From: an uncultured Lentisphaerota bacterium
Lineage (GTDB): Bacteria; Verrucomicrobiota; Kiritimatiellia; RFP12; UBA1067
Assembly: GCA_900321255.1 (NCBI GenBank)
Contig: ONVK01000009.1
Span: forward strand, 320 to 64,319
Direction: 5' to 3'
Length of the DNA: 64,000 bases
Shown here: positions 63,317 to 64,000 of the stretch, piece after piece
Layout: the number at the start of each line of letters is the position of its first letter
Position numbering within the stretch: the first letter of the stretch is position 1
Program-made: the position numbers and the translations under genes
Notes under the pieces: generated by a model
What the model saw: the letters and a program-made list of their open reading frames with translations, nothing else
Database searches by the model: none
What the model was told of the DNA's origin: nothing

Positions 63317-63345
63317 TTTTGAAGTCTGCCGTTTTGAAGTCTGGC
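63317..63345. repeat. Tandem direct repeat TTTTGAAGTCTG(C/G)C x2 (15-nt period) in the 5' UTR of the giant gene
   Basis: Copies at 63317-63330 and 63332-63345, 13/14 identical. On the mRNA strand they read GGCAGACTTCAAAA (63330-63317) and GCCAGACTTCAAAA (63345-63332), sharing CAGACTTCAAAA, about 20-50 nt before the start codon. Confidence 0.6.
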
Positions 63346-63389
63346 CTTAAGTGCACAATGCACCCTACAACCCATCCCCCAGCGTCCGC

Positions 63390-63398
63390 ATTATACCA
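63390..63398 (-). promoter_or_regulatory. Extended -10 promoter TTTGGTATAAT for the 2773-aa gene, overlapping the stop of the upstream epimerase gene
   Basis: Minus strand reads GACCATTTGGTATAATGCGG. Confidence 0.45.
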
Positions 63399-64000
63399 AA
63401 TGGTCTGGGAAAGCGCAATTGGCCAGCTCGATGGATTTGGTCATCATACGCGGAATGTGGAACGGCCCCTTGAAGAGATTGCCCTTCGCCGGCTGCGCAA
63501 CCGTTCCATCGCGGTGGAGATAGCCGTACCACTCGCCGTATTTCTTGTCAGGCATGCGCTTATATGTCCATTCACGCATCTTTTTGTGCCAATTTAGCCA
63601 CTTATCCTTCTTTGTGAGGTTCCAGGCATACTGCGTCGCGATAAGCGTCTCGCACTGCGGCCACCAGAACTTCATGTCCTGCTCGTAGCACTGCGGCGGG
63701 AAGTTTTTGCAGTCGCGGAAGCTTATTATGCCGCCGTACTTCTTGTCCCAGCCCCACGCGAGCGACCAGTCGAGGATAGTCAGCGCGAGCTTCAGGAGCT
63801 CCTTGTCGCCCGACTTCTCGGCGACTTCCATGAGGAACCAGCTCGTCTCGATCGCATGGCCGGGGTTGATCGTGCGGCCGATCATCGTGTCGATGAACTC
63901 GCCGTTCGGCCCGACCGTTTCGAGGAGCGCCTTGAACTCGGGATGGACGAAGTTGTCCTTGAGGAGCCGTATCGACTCGGCAATCTGCTCGTCGAGGATC
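63391..64000 (-). CDS. N-acylglucosamine 2-epimerase (AGE / cellobiose-2-epimerase) family protein; the 5' end lies beyond the window (partial)
   Basis: The frame stays open to position 64000 upstream of the track ORF (...LLKDNFVHPEFKALLETVGPNGEFIDTMIGRTINPGHAIETSWFLMEV...). Alpha/alpha-barrel motifs WDKKYGGIISF, KFWWPQCE and GEWYGYLHRDG. Confidence 0.75.
   Translation of the reverse strand, partial: ILDEQIAESIRLLKDNFVHPEFKALLETVGPNGEFIDTMIGRTINPGHAIETSWFLMEVAEKSGDKELLKLALTILDWSLAWGWDKKYGGIISFRDCKNFPPQCYEQDMKFWWPQCETLIATQYAWNLTKKDKWLNWHKKMREWTYKRMPDKKYGEWYGYLHRDGTVAQPAKGNLFKGPFHIPRMMTKSIELANCAFPDHLV

Noticed and set aside
1-64000. Search for rRNA, tRNA, tmRNA, RNase P RNA, CRISPR arrays, riboswitches (TPP before the NSS-thiN unit, preQ1 before queC, cobalamin before the TBDR), transposases, integrases and known defence genes.
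   Set aside because: No cloverleaf-like GTTCGAATC/TPsiC boxes, no regularly spaced direct repeats and no conserved RNase P or tmRNA boxes were seen. The relevant 5' regions are too short (0-45 nt) to hold riboswitches. No nuclease, recombinase or defence-type ORFs were recognised.

Overview
High-GC bacterial chromosomal window. Every gene I can support (about 55) lies on the minus strand. The long plus-strand ORFs in the track look like Arg/Asp/Glu-rich antisense shadows. From 1 to 64000 the content is as follows. (1) A GH2 glycosidase with an N-terminal pseudopilin-like module; it runs off the left edge and is missing from the ORF track. (2) An EamA transporter, a TonB-dependent receptor, ilvB/ilvN, a glutamine-synthetase-family gene and a GH27 alpha-galactosidase. 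(3) A 1628-aa secreted beta-strand-repeat protein. (4) panB, a degenerate HtrA-like PDZ protein, htrA and obg. (5) A 1.7-kb mostly non-coding, repeat-rich island carrying one lower-GC lipoprotein gene. (6) prmA, a small basic ORF, rpmA and rplU. (7) An Hpt protein plus a hybrid histidine kinase with an APC-permease-like sensor. (8) A Pro-rich anchored alpha/alpha-toroid protein, GH92, queC, maf, a thiamine pyrophosphokinase and an NSS transporter. (9) A long amino-acid ABC / NhaC / outer-membrane-barrel operon. (10) The S10-spc ribosomal protein cluster, rpsJ to rplO. It has no L29 or L30, and rpsC is disrupted. (11) A beta-lactamase-family hydrolase, a 2773-aa secreted LamG-rich giant protein and a partial N-acylglucosamine-2-epimerase-family gene. 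I saw no rRNA, tRNA, CRISPR array, transposase or integrase. The gene content (glycoside hydrolases, PATR-like giant proteins, pseudopilin-like modules, no L30) suggests a PVC-superphylum organism (Lentisphaerota, Kiritimatiellota or Verrucomicrobiota-like); this is inference only. I found no obvious multi-gene defence or novel enzymatic system. The points most worth a second look are: the pseudopilin-GH2 fusion; a very regular T-rich-TGGTATAAT promoter code with several leaderless genes and hairpin-embedded -35 boxes; the disrupted rpsC; the inverted-repeat-flanked cassette with its adjacent 160-nt hairpin between prmA and obg; an in-frame repeat insertion in maf; the APC-fused histidine kinase; and the two giant surface proteins.
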